From an uncultured Gemmatimonadales bacterium (GTDB taxonomy: Bacteria; Gemmatimonadota; Gemmatimonadetes; Gemmatimonadales; Gemmatimonadaceae): a stretch of DNA of 64,000 bases. The position numbers and the translations under genes are program-made. How positions within the stretch are numbered: the first letter of the stretch is position 1; every line of letters starts with the position of its first letter. Below are positions 21,148 through 31,000 of the stretch, piece by piece. The DNA is taken from the NCBI GenBank assembly GCA_963850905.1, contig CAWKMU010000003.1, positions 1,440,001 through 1,504,000 on the forward strand, written 5' to 3'. The notes beneath the pieces were generated by a model. That model had not been told where the DNA came from. It made no database searches and saw nothing but the letters and a program-made list of their open reading frames with translations.

Positions 21148-22118
21148 TCGACCGCCGCCGCCATTTCGAGTGCGCGGATCACCGTGCGGCGCAGCAACTC
21201 CACTTTGTAGCCGTTTTCGGAGAGCGGGCGCGCACCCTCGGTAGCCCGATCCGCCGCTCGCTCCCAGCTGGCTCGATCGGCAGAGCGACCGACCAGCACG
21301 GCCTCGGATTCGCGGAGTCGCCAGGGTCGCGTCGCAACGCCGCCGACCGCGATGCGGGCCTGCCGGACAATACCGTGGTCAATGTCGAGCGCCACAGCAG
21401 CCGACGTCACGGCGAACTCGTACGCTGCGCGGTCGCGTACCTTGAGATACCGCGCACGCAGCGGATACGAGCCGGGCACTTCGATGGCCGTGATGAGCTC
21501 ACCTGGTTCCAGCGTGTGCTCGAGGTGCGGCGTGTCGCCAGGCAAACGATAGAGGTCCTCGACGGGGAATCGACGCTCGCTGTTCTGGCCACGCACGTGC
21601 ATGACGGCGTCCAGCGCGACAAGCGCAACCGCCAGGTCTGAGGGATGCGTCGCTACGCAGTGGTCGCTCGTGCCAAGAATCGCATGTGTGACGTTCACGC
21701 CACCGATCGCGGCGCATCCCGAGCCGGGTGTGCGCTTGTTGCACGGGGCATCGAGCGTGCGAAAGTAGGGACAGCGCACGCGCTGTAGCAGATTGCCGCC
21801 GATCGAGGCCATATGGCGGAGCTGCGGCGATGCGCCTTCGAGAAGCGCCTGGACGATCAACGGTTGTAATCGAGCGACGTCCGGGTCAGCGGCGACATCT
21901 GCCATGCGTGCCAGTGCACCAATGGTGATCGCGCCGGTGCTCCGGCGGATCTCGCGGAGTGGTAGACGGTTGATGTCGATGAGCCGTTCCGGCTGCTCGA
22001 TCTCCTCACGCATGAGATCGATCAGCGTTGTGCCGCCGGCAATGTAGCGGCCGCCGGCCGCGCCCTGTGCCAGGGCATCGTGTGCCGACGCGGCGGCATG
22101 GTAGGTGAAGGGCTTCAT
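21144..22118 (-). CDS. Xanthine dehydrogenase family FAD-binding subunit (PaoB/YagS-like)
   Basis: IAGGTTLIDLM, GASPQLR, GGNLLQRVRCPYFR, CNKR, GC and HCVATHPSD motifs, including the Cys residues used for 4Fe-4S in PaoB. Confidence 0.92.
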   Translation of the reverse strand: MKPFTYHAAASAHDALAQGAAGGRYIAGGTTLIDLMREEIEQPERLIDINRLPLREIRRSTGAITIGALARMADVAADPDVARLQPLIVQALLEGASPQLRHMASIGGNLLQRVRCPYFRTLDAPCNKRTPGSGCAAIGGVNVTHAILGTSDHCVATHPSDLAVALVALDAVMHVRGQNSERRFPVEDLYRLPGDTPHLEHTLEPGELITAIEVPGSYPLRARYLKVRDRAAYEFAVTSAAVALDIDHGIVRQARIAVGGVATRPWRLRESEAVLVGRSADRASWERAADRATEGARPLSENGYKVELLRRTVIRALEMAAAVE

Positions 22119-22582
22119 GAGCGGGCGCTACCCGCCACTTCCTCTACGGCGGCGACAATGCCACCGTACGCACCGCACCGACAGACGTTGCCGCTCATCC
22201 AGGTGCGGATCTCGTCGGTCGAGCCGGCGTGTCCCTCCCGGATGCACGCGACGCCTGACACGATCTGTCCCGGCGTGCAGTAGCCGCACTGGAAGGCATC
22301 GTGAGCAATGAACGCGGCTTGCAGTGGGTGCAGCGTGTCGCCCTGGGACAGCCCCTCGATCGTCGTGATGCGTGCACCCGCGTGCATGACGGCGAGGGTC
22401 AGGCACGAATTCACGCGCCGGCCATCGAGGAGAATCGTGCATGCACCGCAGGCACCTTGGTTGCATCCCTTTTTGGTACCGGTGAGGCCGAGGTGCTCGC
22501 GCAACAGATCGAGCAGCGACGTGCGGACGTCCACGGTGACGTGCACCGGTCGGCCGTTGATGGTGAGGTCGAGCGGAGGCAT
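22115..22582 (-). CDS. Xanthine dehydrogenase family 2Fe-2S subunit (PaoA/YagT-like)
   Basis: GTKKGCNQGACGACT, QCGYCTPGQ and GNVCRCGAY motifs. Confidence 0.93.
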   Translation of the reverse strand: MPPLDLTINGRPVHVTVDVRTSLLDLLREHLGLTGTKKGCNQGACGACTILLDGRRVNSCLTLAVMHAGARITTIEGLSQGDTLHPLQAAFIAHDAFQCGYCTPGQIVSGVACIREGHAGSTDEIRTWMSGNVCRCGAYGGIVAAVEEVAGSARS

Positions 22583-22667
22583 GGGCGGGATGGTAATGCG
22601 AGGGCAGGGGAGACGTGAGGGAGAGAGGTTACGATGCCCGGGGTGTCGGGTGACATATCTTCCAGCG

Positions 22668-23522
22668 ATGCCTGCTTCCCAGCCGTCGATCCCCAGCACG
22701 GCGTTCCCGTCGGGTGAACTCGTCCCCGTACTGGGGCAGGGTACGTGGCGCATGGGTGAAAATGCCGCGCGTCGCAAGCAGGAGATCGCCGCGTTGCGGC
22801 TCGGGATCGACCTGGGCATGACGCTTATCGATACCGCAGAGATGTATGCGGATGGCGGCGCGGAGACAGTGGTCGGTGAAGCCGTGACCGGCCGGAGAGA
22901 CGACGTTTTTGTCGTCACGAAGGTGACGCCCGAAAACGCGACGAGACGTGGAACGGTTCGCGCGTGCGAGCAGAGTCTCCGCCGGTTGCGCACCTCCCAC
23001 ATCGATCTGTATCTCCTCCATTGGCCAGCCGACACGCCCATTGCTGAGACCGTCGCCGCGTTCGACATGTTGGCCCGGGATGGCAAGATCCGGTACTGGG
23101 GCGTGAGCAACTTCGATCTATCCGAACTCGAGGAGCTCACCCGCCTGCCGACCGGCGGTGTCTGCGCGACCGATCAAGTGCTGTACAACCTGCGGCGGCG
23201 CGGGATCGAGTGGGATCTGTTGCCTTGGTGCGCGGCGCGACGGATGCCGGTGATGGCGTACTCGCCCATCGATCAGGGGGAGCTGCGACATCATCCGGTC
23301 ACGACCCGGCTCGCGACCCGGTACGGTGTCACAGCCAGTCAGGTCGCGCTGGCGTGGACGCTCCGCAGGCCAGGCATCATCGCGATTCCGAAAGCGGGGT
23401 CGATCGATCACGTGCGCGACAACGTCGCCGCCCTCGGTCTGCACCTGACCGGCGACGACCTCGAGACACTCGACGGTGCGTTCCCGCCGCCGACCGGACC
23501 GCGCGAGCTGGAGACGGCGTGA
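22668..23522 (+). CDS. Aldo/keto reductase
   Basis: LGQGTWRMGE, IDTAEMY, IDLYLLHW, WGVSNF and AIPKA motifs. Confidence 0.93.
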   Translation: MPASQPSIPSTAFPSGELVPVLGQGTWRMGENAARRKQEIAALRLGIDLGMTLIDTAEMYADGGAETVVGEAVTGRRDDVFVVTKVTPENATRRGTVRACEQSLRRLRTSHIDLYLLHWPADTPIAETVAAFDMLARDGKIRYWGVSNFDLSELEELTRLPTGGVCATDQVLYNLRRRGIEWDLLPWCAARRMPVMAYSPIDQGELRHHPVTTRLATRYGVTASQVALAWTLRRPGIIAIPKAGSIDHVRDNVAALGLHLTGDDLETLDGAFPPPTGPRELETA

Positions 23523-23562
23523 GGGTCGATACCCGAGCTCTGTTCAGAGCGGCAAAAACGAC

Positions 23563-23593
23563 GAGGGCCAGTCGCGGCGTCGCGCTGGCCCTC
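23563..23593. terminator. GC-rich hairpin between convergent genes
   Basis: GAGGGCCAG...CTGGCCCTC inverted repeat. Confidence 0.4.
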
Positions 23594-23633
23594 TGAAGTG
23601 TTGCTATTCCTGCCAAACGGAACCTGGTTACCG

Positions 23634-24959
23634 CTATCTCCGTTTGGCTGGCTTGATCGGCAACGCCGTAGCGTGTGGGTCGAATGCAAGACCGAAGGGC
23701 CCACTCAGCGAGGTACCCGTAACTGTCGCGTTCGGCGCTGGATCGCCGCTTGTGACCAGCTGGCTCGGCGTGAACTCGACCAAGCTGCCGGCCACGTTGG
23801 CGACCCAAAGATCGCCGCTTGCGTCGAAGGCCAGTCCGGCCGGGTTGCCGAGCGAGCCCGAGTTTGCACTCAGTACCACCGTGGGTGTCGGGGTGCCGCT
23901 CGCTGCGAGTTGGCTCGGCGTGAAGTCGACCACGGTGTTGACGCCACTGAAGTTGCCGTTGGCGACCCAGAGATTGCCGGTTCCGTCAAAGGCGATCATG
24001 AGCGGCCCGTCGATCGAGCCCGTGCCGCCAGTCACGGTCACCGAAGGCGTGAGTGCTCCGCCTGTGACTAGCTGGCTGGCCTTGTATTCGACGACGGTGG
24101 TCGAGGCAGCATTTGCCACCCAGAGGTTACCGTTCGCATCAAACGCCAAGCCGACGGGCGACGAGAGCGACGAACTTGCGGCAGTGATGGTGGTCGCCGG
24201 TGTGGGGCTACCGCTGGAAGCGAGCTGCGACGCGGCGAACTCTACTACGGTACTCGTTCCGACGTTCGCAACCCACAAGTTGCCGTTCGCATCAAAAGCA
24301 AGGCCGCCAGGTGAAGAGCTCGACGGTTCCAGAATAACTGTGGCCGGTGTGGGAGTACCGCTTGTGGCGAGCTCGCTCGCGCTGTACTCCAGAATCGAGT
24401 CGGCGGAGAAGGTGCTCACCCACAGATTGCCCTGTGCATCGATTGCGGTTCCCATCGTTTGCGCGCCCGCCTTGAGTGCCGTCGCCGCCGCAGCGGAAGT
24501 CGAACTAGCAAGTTGCGAGGCGGTGTATTGAAGCACAGTTGCGGCGGTACCGAAATTCGCGACCCACAACCCACCGGTTCCGGTTATCGCGGCATATGTG
24601 ATGGTTGCGGTGTCCTGACCGCCTGGCGTCACGGACAATGGGCTACCAGACACAGCGGCTGTGTCCATCGTTGCGACGATTGCGTTGGACTCTGTGACTG
24701 GCGCGCCGACGACGGTATAGGAGCCGATCGCCAGGCCGGTCAACAGGGTGTTGCTCGTTACCGTAGTCGAGTACCCGTTCGGTCCAGTGACCGTGACGCT
24801 TCCAGTCACACCGGTGGGAGCAGTCACGACAACGGCCAGACTGCCGGTTTTGGGCGCGGTCGATCCGCCACCGCCGCCGCACGCCGTGAGGACGGCAACC
24901 GTCGCGGCGGCTCCGAGTAGAGAACGAGCATCGCGTATCCGCGTGATGCCAAGCGACAT
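23634..24959 (-). CDS. NHL-repeat beta-propeller lipoprotein
   Basis: Lipobox LTAC; repeated PxGLAFDAxGNLWVAN...QLAxSGxPTP units; GGAG RBS. Confidence 0.85.
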   Translation of the reverse strand: MSLGITRIRDARSLLGAAATVAVLTACGGGGGSTAPKTGSLAVVVTAPTGVTGSVTVTGPNGYSTTVTSNTLLTGLAIGSYTVVGAPVTESNAIVATMDTAAVSGSPLSVTPGGQDTATITYAAITGTGGLWVANFGTAATVLQYTASQLASSTSAAAATALKAGAQTMGTAIDAQGNLWVSTFSADSILEYSASELATSGTPTPATVILEPSSSSPGGLAFDANGNLWVANVGTSTVVEFAASQLASSGSPTPATTITAASSSLSSPVGLAFDANGNLWVANAASTTVVEYKASQLVTGGALTPSVTVTGGTGSIDGPLMIAFDGTGNLWVANGNFSGVNTVVDFTPSQLAASGTPTPTVVLSANSGSLGNPAGLAFDASGDLWVANVAGSLVEFTPSQLVTSGDPAPNATVTGTSLSGPFGLAFDPHATALPIKPAKRR

Positions 24960-25163
24960 GATGGTGCTCCTTGCTAGATCGTGTAGTCGGGTGGCAGGGC
25001 AGCTGGTGGTTGGCCCTGGTAGTCGGCAGACTGCGCTGCGAGAGTGTCCTAGCCTCTGCGCGCAGCGAATCGCCGACACACGACGACCGATTAGAGGTCA
25101 AGCAACACCGGCCGCGATGATGGAATCCGGTGATGCCGAGATCAACGACTGGGCGACGGAATG

Positions 25164-25192
25164 AAAACGGCCCGTGACGCCAGTCACGGGCC
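25164..25192 (-). terminator. Rho-independent terminator
   Basis: GGCCCGTGAC-GCCA-GTCACGGGCC 10-bp stem followed by GTTTT on the minus strand, downstream of the DUF1572 gene. Confidence 0.7.
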
Positions 25193-25236
25193 CTGTTTAC
25201 CTGTCTCTACCAGTCGATGCCCGCTGCGTCAGGCTC

Positions 25237-25782
25237 CTAACTCTTCGCCTGCGGGGGGGCGAAGCGGCGGTTCCATTCCGCAGAGCGATTGCGCGGAATG
25301 CTCAGGGATTGCCAGGTCGCGCTCTGGAGGTGTTTTGCGAGGAAGACGATCTGCCCAATGTGCGACGCGTAGTGGGCCAACTGTCGATTCACTGCCTGCA
25401 AGAGGGAGTGTGGCTCGCCGCGAATCGTGACCGTGCGAGTCAGATCGGCATCCGTCAGTGGTGCGAGCGCCGTAAACAGTCGATTCCAGCCGTCTTCCCA
25501 CACGCGCATGAGCGATTCGCGTGAGGACGGAGGATCGAGGAATTCCGTGTCACGATCGCGATCGGGTTTCTCACCGTCCGACGTCAGGAAATCCGTCCAT
25601 CGCGAGCGCATGTTGCCAGCCATGTGTTTTACGATGAGGGCGATCGAGTTGCTCTCGTCATCAATCGGGTGGATCAGCTGCTCATCCGAGACCTGAGCGA
25701 TCGCGCCTTCAGCCATCTTCTTGTATTGGCCGAAGATGGCGCGCATATCGACGAGGTATGAGGTTGTGAGTTCGTGCGGCAT
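25237..25782 (-). CDS. DUF1572 family (DinB superfamily) protein
   Basis: SNSIALIVKHMAGNMRSRWTDFLTSDGEKPDRDRDTEF motif. Confidence 0.9.
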   Translation of the reverse strand: MPHELTTSYLVDMRAIFGQYKKMAEGAIAQVSDEQLIHPIDDESNSIALIVKHMAGNMRSRWTDFLTSDGEKPDRDRDTEFLDPPSSRESLMRVWEDGWNRLFTALAPLTDADLTRTVTIRGEPHSLLQAVNRQLAHYASHIGQIVFLAKHLQSATWQSLSIPRNRSAEWNRRFAPPQAKS

Positions 25783-25928
25783 CGGAGCGCGTGGGTGGAT
25801 GGGTTGAGAGCCAATTCAAGGTACCGCTTCAGCAATCAGTGGGCCCAGTGGAGCGCGTAGCCGCCCGCTGGCGTAAGCGGTCGCGGCAACGCTTCTTTCT
25901 GGTGGCGGAGACACGAGTGGAGGCGATC

Positions 25929-26480
25929 ATGGCGGCGCCGAACGCGGGACCGCTAGGCGGCACACGCAGCGACCAATGGATGTCGACGGCCGCATCGCTG
26001 ACGGTGGGTGCAGCATTCTTTGCCCTCTGGTTCTGGCTCCTCCCCCGGTGGCTGGGGTTTCGCGTCGACAGGAGCGGCCCGGCGCGGTGGCGGTGGCTCG
26101 CCATCGTCCCATCCGTCCTCGGGTTCGCCGTGGCGCTGCGGTGCATCTGGGACTTCGGTTGGACCGGGCGCGGGACGCCGGCACCCATGGTTCCACCAAG
26201 CAGGCTCGTGATCGTCGGGCTCTACCGGCATGTGCGTAACCCGATGTACCTCGGATTCGCTCTCGGATGGCTCGGTTTGTGGGTGATCTTCGGCCGCGCG
26301 AGTGTCGGTGCGGTCGAGGGGGTGGTGGCCGCGGCCCTCGGTGTCGCGTTGTTTGTCCGGTTGTATGAAGAGCCGATCCTGCGAAGGAAGTTCGGCCGCG
26401 ACTACGACGAGTACCGTCGGCACGTCCCGCAATGGGTGCCGCGGTTACGTCCATACGATCCGTCCGCGGTGAGTCGGTAA
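25929..26480 (+). CDS. Isoprenylcysteine carboxylmethyltransferase family membrane protein
   Basis: GRGTPAP, GLYRHVRNPMY and EEPILRRKFG...VPQWVPR motifs. Confidence 0.88.
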   Translation: MAAPNAGPLGGTRSDQWMSTAASLTVGAAFFALWFWLLPRWLGFRVDRSGPARWRWLAIVPSVLGFAVALRCIWDFGWTGRGTPAPMVPPSRLVIVGLYRHVRNPMYLGFALGWLGLWVIFGRASVGAVEGVVAAALGVALFVRLYEEPILRRKFGRDYDEYRRHVPQWVPRLRPYDPSAVSR

Positions 26481-26510
26481 GGCCGCCGGGACTGGTGCGT
26501 GCGGCGCGAC

Positions 26511-26538
26511 CTAGGGCAACGAGAATGCGTCGCCCTAG
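26511..26538. repeat. REP-like palindrome (degenerate)
   Basis: CTAGGGCAACGAGAATGCGTCGCCCTAG between convergent genes. Confidence 0.65.
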
Positions 26539-26542
26539 GCCG

Positions 26543-28057
26543 TCACGGCTGGATGTATTGGTAGAGCGACGCCAGGCGCCAGGCGCGATAGAAGGGCGCC
26601 GTGCCGTTCATGCTGAAGCTGGCGTGCGCGACGACGGTGCCATTCGGTGCGACTTCGTGTACCTGGCCGGCGAAGCCGAAGCCGACGAGTGTATTGCCAT
26701 TGCCCAGACGTTGGGCCGACCCGACGATGGGAGTGAAGATCGCCGGATTGGGCTCATACTCCCATACCATCGTCGCGGTGCGGTTCGGGACGTCGAGTGC
26801 GTACTCGACGGCGCGTGAATGCGGCGGGGAATGGGCGAGCCCGTTGTCGTACATGAGGAGGTGTCCGTTGGGTAGCACGCGTACGCAGTGCTGGGCGCTC
26901 GGGCCACCCAAGGGATCACCGACAAACGTGAACTGGTTCAGGCGACCACCGAGCTGCCACATGGTGACGCCCGTCTGGGCGTTGAGTTTGATGATCGCGC
27001 CGAGGTTGCGGAACGAGACGATGTAGTTGGAGTCGAGGTCGAAGTCGAGCGAGTTCGGATGGTCGAAGTCGAAGGGAGGCGCCACGCCGGTCGGCTCGAT
27101 CCAGTCAATGATCGAGTAGTGGTCCCAGGCGTCCCACCTGAACTCGACGGACCCATCGGTCGTTTGCCGGGTGACCTGATGCCCATAGCCGATCGCGCTC
27201 GACGGCCCACCGAGCGAGGAGAAGTCAAAGGTCCGACCGGTGTAGCTGAAGAAATGCAGTCGCTCGGTTGCGCCGCTACCGGTGATCCAGAGGTCGTGAG
27301 GATCGGTATACTCGGTTTTCGGCGCGGCGTAGGAGGCGACGATCTCGCCACTCGGCAGGAACTCCGTATACGACTCCATTGCACCGTCGTACCCGGCAGA
27401 CTCACCGATCGCGATCGTGTAGTGACCGTTGTGCTGCAGCTTGGATTCGGACGACCCCGATCCGGGCGGGAAGGTCCGGTACCACCGGATGCGCCCCTGA
27501 TTATCGAACGCGACCATCACGGCGCTATCCGTGAGCGGGTACGCGATCGGCGATATGAGCGTGTACCCCGGGCCGAATGTACCGGAGACCCTCAGCGTGA
27601 TCCCCTGCAGGAAGGAGGAGAGCGAAGGGGTGGTCGCGGAGAACGTGGTGGAGGCAGAGCCTGTGGCCCCGTAGACCTGCAGCACTTCCTGGTAGGTCGT
27701 GTTGGGCAGTAAGCCCAACACCGCGATCTGGGCGGTGCCCCTGCCGTGCTCGATATGTTGGAGTGGCACGAAGGGCGTCGCCGCTGTCGTATCGGATGGC
27801 GTGCTGTACACCACACGCGCGGAGTCCGCGTTGTTGGCAATGAAGGTGACGACGTTCGAGAGCGCGTTGTAGCGATTCTGCGAGAGCGACGCAGTGAGGA
27901 TCTGGATCCCCTCCGCGGTGGCCAGCGTGGGGGCGGTGCCGCTCTCGCTGGAGCATCCTGTGCCAACGATGAGGCTGAGGGCGGCGATGCTCAGCGCGGC
28001 GTGTCCGGAGAGCTGGAGAGGTGCGTACATGATCGGGGCGGGGGCGACGATTCTCAT
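26543..28057 (-). CDS. Arylsulfotransferase (ASST)-family lipoprotein
   Basis: DPHD, DHPNSL, IVSFRN, WQLGG, AQH, YDNG and GSAQRLGNGNTLV motifs. Confidence 0.8.
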   Translation of the reverse strand: MRIVAPAPIMYAPLQLSGHAALSIAALSLIVGTGCSSESGTAPTLATAEGIQILTASLSQNRYNALSNVVTFIANNADSARVVYSTPSDTTAATPFVPLQHIEHGRGTAQIAVLGLLPNTTYQEVLQVYGATGSASTTFSATTPSLSSFLQGITLRVSGTFGPGYTLISPIAYPLTDSAVMVAFDNQGRIRWYRTFPPGSGSSESKLQHNGHYTIAIGESAGYDGAMESYTEFLPSGEIVASYAAPKTEYTDPHDLWITGSGATERLHFFSYTGRTFDFSSLGGPSSAIGYGHQVTRQTTDGSVEFRWDAWDHYSIIDWIEPTGVAPPFDFDHPNSLDFDLDSNYIVSFRNLGAIIKLNAQTGVTMWQLGGRLNQFTFVGDPLGGPSAQHCVRVLPNGHLLMYDNGLAHSPPHSRAVEYALDVPNRTATMVWEYEPNPAIFTPIVGSAQRLGNGNTLVGFGFAGQVHEVAPNGTVVAHASFSMNGTAPFYRAWRLASLYQYIQP

Positions 28058-28233
28058 CGAGCGCTCGGTGCACGCCTGCCTGGCGTGCCGCTAAACGCCC
28101 TGAAGCGGGTGTCGGTTGTATTACGCCGTCGACCGCCGTCGCGTTGGGCTCGGTTCGCGAAGTATGGGTGCCTAAGGGTCGCCGGGAACCGCGGCGAGCC
28201 GGGCGTCTCCCACTACACGGCCCCTACTCTTCC

Positions 28234-29019
28234 TTACTTCGGTGGGACAAACATCTTGCCATCCAACTTCTCGCCCATGCGGATGTTGCCGTACTCCTCT
28301 TTCTGGATCTGCTTGCCGTTGACCGAGACCACGACTGTCTTGGAGATCCAGCCATCCGCCAGCAAGGTGTAGTTGTCGAACCGATACTCGACGGTCTTGG
28401 TGCTATCCGTGGGAGCGGGCTCGATCGCGCGCACGAACAGGAGCCGGTCCCGATCGATCCAGAGCTGCGGTGAGTGCAAGTCGCCCTTGTTGGCGCCGAT
28501 CACGAAGACTTCGCGGCCCTGCCAATCGTCGCCCCGGACGGGCGTCATGGGAAAATGCAGCGCGGTGAGTGCGGCGACTGTCTTGTCAGGCGACTGCCGA
28601 TAGACATCAAATCCCATGATCAGCAGGATGTTCCGCTGCGCTTGGCGGGTGACGCTGTCACCCTGGATCCGAAAGAGCGAATCGCCATTGTAGATGTACG
28701 TGCGGGGCGGCGTCACATTTTCCACGTCGATGCGGAGGCGTCCCGGGATGATCATCGCCTCCTTCCAGGTCTCGTTCACCGTGCTGTCTCCTGCGGTTCG
28801 CCGAGTCGTCCGTTGCGTGAATGTGAGCGTATGATACCACGAGTCGATATAGCGCTCGTTCATCCGCGCGATGACCTCGTTGCCGGTTTTCGGGAACGCC
28901 TGGGCGAGCGACGCCACAGGCATGCTCGCGGCGACGGTAAGGAACGTCGCTCCGACGCCGACCAAGCGGGTCACGCGGGACAGGGGACGTGCGTTCACGG
29001 ATGCTCCGGCTGGGGGCAC
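28234..29019 (-). CDS. Secreted hypothetical protein (paralog of 39865..40630)
   Basis: Signal-like N-terminus; WYHTLTFTQ, WKEAMIIPGRLRID and QLWIDRDRLLFVR; start uncertain. Confidence 0.75.
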   Translation of the reverse strand: MPPAGASVNARPLSRVTRLVGVGATFLTVAASMPVASLAQAFPKTGNEVIARMNERYIDSWYHTLTFTQRTTRRTAGDSTVNETWKEAMIIPGRLRIDVENVTPPRTYIYNGDSLFRIQGDSVTRQAQRNILLIMGFDVYRQSPDKTVAALTALHFPMTPVRGDDWQGREVFVIGANKGDLHSPQLWIDRDRLLFVRAIEPAPTDSTKTVEYRFDNYTLLADGWISKTVVVSVNGKQIQKEEYGNIRMGEKLDGKMFVPPK

Positions 29020-29245
29020 GTACGCGGGGCGTGGTGGGGCCTCGGCGAAAGAGACCCAAGCCTGACCGCAAGAGCAAGGCCGGGGGCAGTGGCCGATCGC
29101 CGGCAGTCAATGCAACTCCGGTCGCGGCGCGATACGCGCAAATCGTCAATCGATGCTGCGAAACGGATGAGTTGGCTCTCGTGGGCGTTAGCGGCGCCAG
29201 GCTCGCGCAGTAGGGGTTAGGAACGAAAACGGCACCGACACCAAC

Positions 29246-29270
29246 GGGCGACGCAATGCGTCGCCCCTAC
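29246..29270 (-). repeat. GTAG-type REP-like palindrome
   Basis: GGGCGACGCAATGCGTCGCCCCTAC (reverse complement begins GTAGGGGCG). Confidence 0.85.
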
Positions 29271-29417
29271 CGGTCCGAGGCCGGCCACTGTGCACCGTAT
29301 TCAGGAATAGCCTATCGCGCTTTCGCTTGTTCCCTGATGGCGCTGCCATTAGGCTCTCATGCGCGCCACCCCCTCGCTCGAGCGCACGCATCGCTCTCAC
29401 AACGACGAGGTATCACG

Positions 29418-29990
29418 ATGGCATCATCTCCGACCTTGACCAGCGCGATGGAACAGCACCTGGACGAGACTATCGCGCTCATCAGTCGCACCCCCGCCAC
29501 ACTGGACGCACTCCTCCGTGGTCTACCCGAGGCATGGACACAGCACAACGAAGGTCCGGAGACATGGAACGCCTTCGACGTGCTCGGCCACTTGATTCAC
29601 GGCGACCGAACGGACTGGATGCCGCGCGCGCACATCGTGCTGCAATTCGGCGAGGCTCGCGCGTTCGACCCCTTCGATCGCTGGGGACACATTGGCGAGA
29701 GTCGCGGGAAGTCCATGGGGCAGTTGTTGGACGAGTTTGCGCGTTTGCGTTCCGAGAACGTGCGCGCGCTCCGCGCGCTCAACTTGCAGCCGGAGCAACT
29801 GGCATTGCGGGGACACCATCCATCGCTCGGAGTCGTTACGTTGTCACAGCTACTGGCTGCCTGGGCCGTGCACGATCTGACACATATCCATCAGATCTCG
29901 CGGGTCATGGCTCACCAATACCGAGCGGCCGTGGGGCCCTGGGCCCGATATCTCGGGGTTCTGCACTGTGCTGGCCACAGCGAGCCCTAG
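29418..29990 (+). CDS. DinB family protein
   Basis: WNAFDVLGHLIHG, HPSLGVVTLSQLLAAWAVHDLTHIHQI. Confidence 0.88.
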   Translation: MASSPTLTSAMEQHLDETIALISRTPATLDALLRGLPEAWTQHNEGPETWNAFDVLGHLIHGDRTDWMPRAHIVLQFGEARAFDPFDRWGHIGESRGKSMGQLLDEFARLRSENVRALRALNLQPEQLALRGHHPSLGVVTLSQLLAAWAVHDLTHIHQISRVMAHQYRAAVGPWARYLGVLHCAGHSEP

Positions 29991-30160
29991 ACGACTCGGA
30001 TGTGGTCCGCGACGCCGACACCCATCGCCAAATGATGACCTGATCGGACCGTGCAATGTGTCGGAGTCCGCGCCTTTGCCAGAGAGCGCGGCAAGCCGGG
30101 CTGTACTTAGAGACTAAAGTCGAATGGCCTGTCCAATCGGTGGGCGCGTATCCTCTCCCC

Positions 30161-30880
30161 ATGCGCCTATCCATCATTGCAGTCGCTCTCGCCGGCGTGC
30201 TCTTCCAGCAAACGCAGCGGTTTGAGGGCTCAGTCAGAGCTCGGACAGCGTTCCTCTCGACGAGCGGCGGGACGCTCACGTTCACCGAGAAATGGCCCAG
30301 CGAGCGGTTCGACATCAACTCCCAGCAGTATGGGAAGGCGATCGTCCTGGTCGACTTCGCCAAGGGGACGCGCACGACCATCATCCCGGCGAAACACCAA
30401 TACTGGACGGTCAACCGGGGCCAGCGCCTGGAAGAACTCGCGAAGGCGATGAACCAGCAAGGCCAGCAGCTGATCGCAGTAGGGGTGACCACCGTCGTGA
30501 CCCCGACGACGCGCACGGACATGGTTGCTGGCACGCCATGCAAGTATTACAAACTCGGCTCGGCGCAGAACGTGGACGCGTGCGTCGCCAGCAACATTGG
30601 CCAGTTCATGCCTGCGGCGCAGACTGATGCCGCGAATGCGCTAGGGATTCCCACGGCTGCCCTGCTCGATTCGACGTACGACAACTTGGGGAGCCGCTTC
30701 CCGGGTGGATACTTCCCACTGAGAATCGTATCGCGCGCGTCGGGCTCGCCGCAGGTCGTGTGGCAGGTCGAGAGCATCCAGCGGCACGCGGTGGCCGACA
30801 GCGTGTTCACCATTCCGGCGGGCTTCAAGGAAGTACCGGCGCCGAAGTTGACGAACGACTCGACGTCGAAGTCGCAATAA
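30161..30880 (+). CDS. Secreted DUF4412-like protein
   Basis: Signal peptide; RTDMVAGTPCKYY, YFPLR and VADSVFTIPAGFKEV. Confidence 0.65.
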   Translation: MRLSIIAVALAGVLFQQTQRFEGSVRARTAFLSTSGGTLTFTEKWPSERFDINSQQYGKAIVLVDFAKGTRTTIIPAKHQYWTVNRGQRLEELAKAMNQQGQQLIAVGVTTVVTPTTRTDMVAGTPCKYYKLGSAQNVDACVASNIGQFMPAAQTDAANALGIPTAALLDSTYDNLGSRFPGGYFPLRIVSRASGSPQVVWQVESIQRHAVADSVFTIPAGFKEVPAPKLTNDSTSKSQ

Positions 30881-30902
30881 GCGCTGGCTCCTTGGCGCAT
30901 CT

Positions 30903-30937
30903 CAGCGGCGCGGCCCTAATGTGGGGCCGCGCCGCTG
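30903..30937. terminator. Long GC hairpin between convergent genes
   Basis: CAGCGGCGCGGCCC...GGGCCGCGCCGCTG. Confidence 0.55.
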
Positions 30938-31000
30938 ATGCGTTCAGGCACGTCTGACTGCGGCGGCGCTGGCGCTGCCGAATCCCAGGTGGTCGCCGGG

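Noticed and set aside
22583..23140. Long N-terminal extensions of the 2Fe-2S ORF (to 23140) and the AKR ORF (from 22308)
   Set aside because: They overlap each other's real coding regions; family-like sequence starts at 22582 and 22668.
23476..24531. 351-aa plus-strand repetitive ORF
   Set aside because: Antisense shadow of the NHL-repeat gene.
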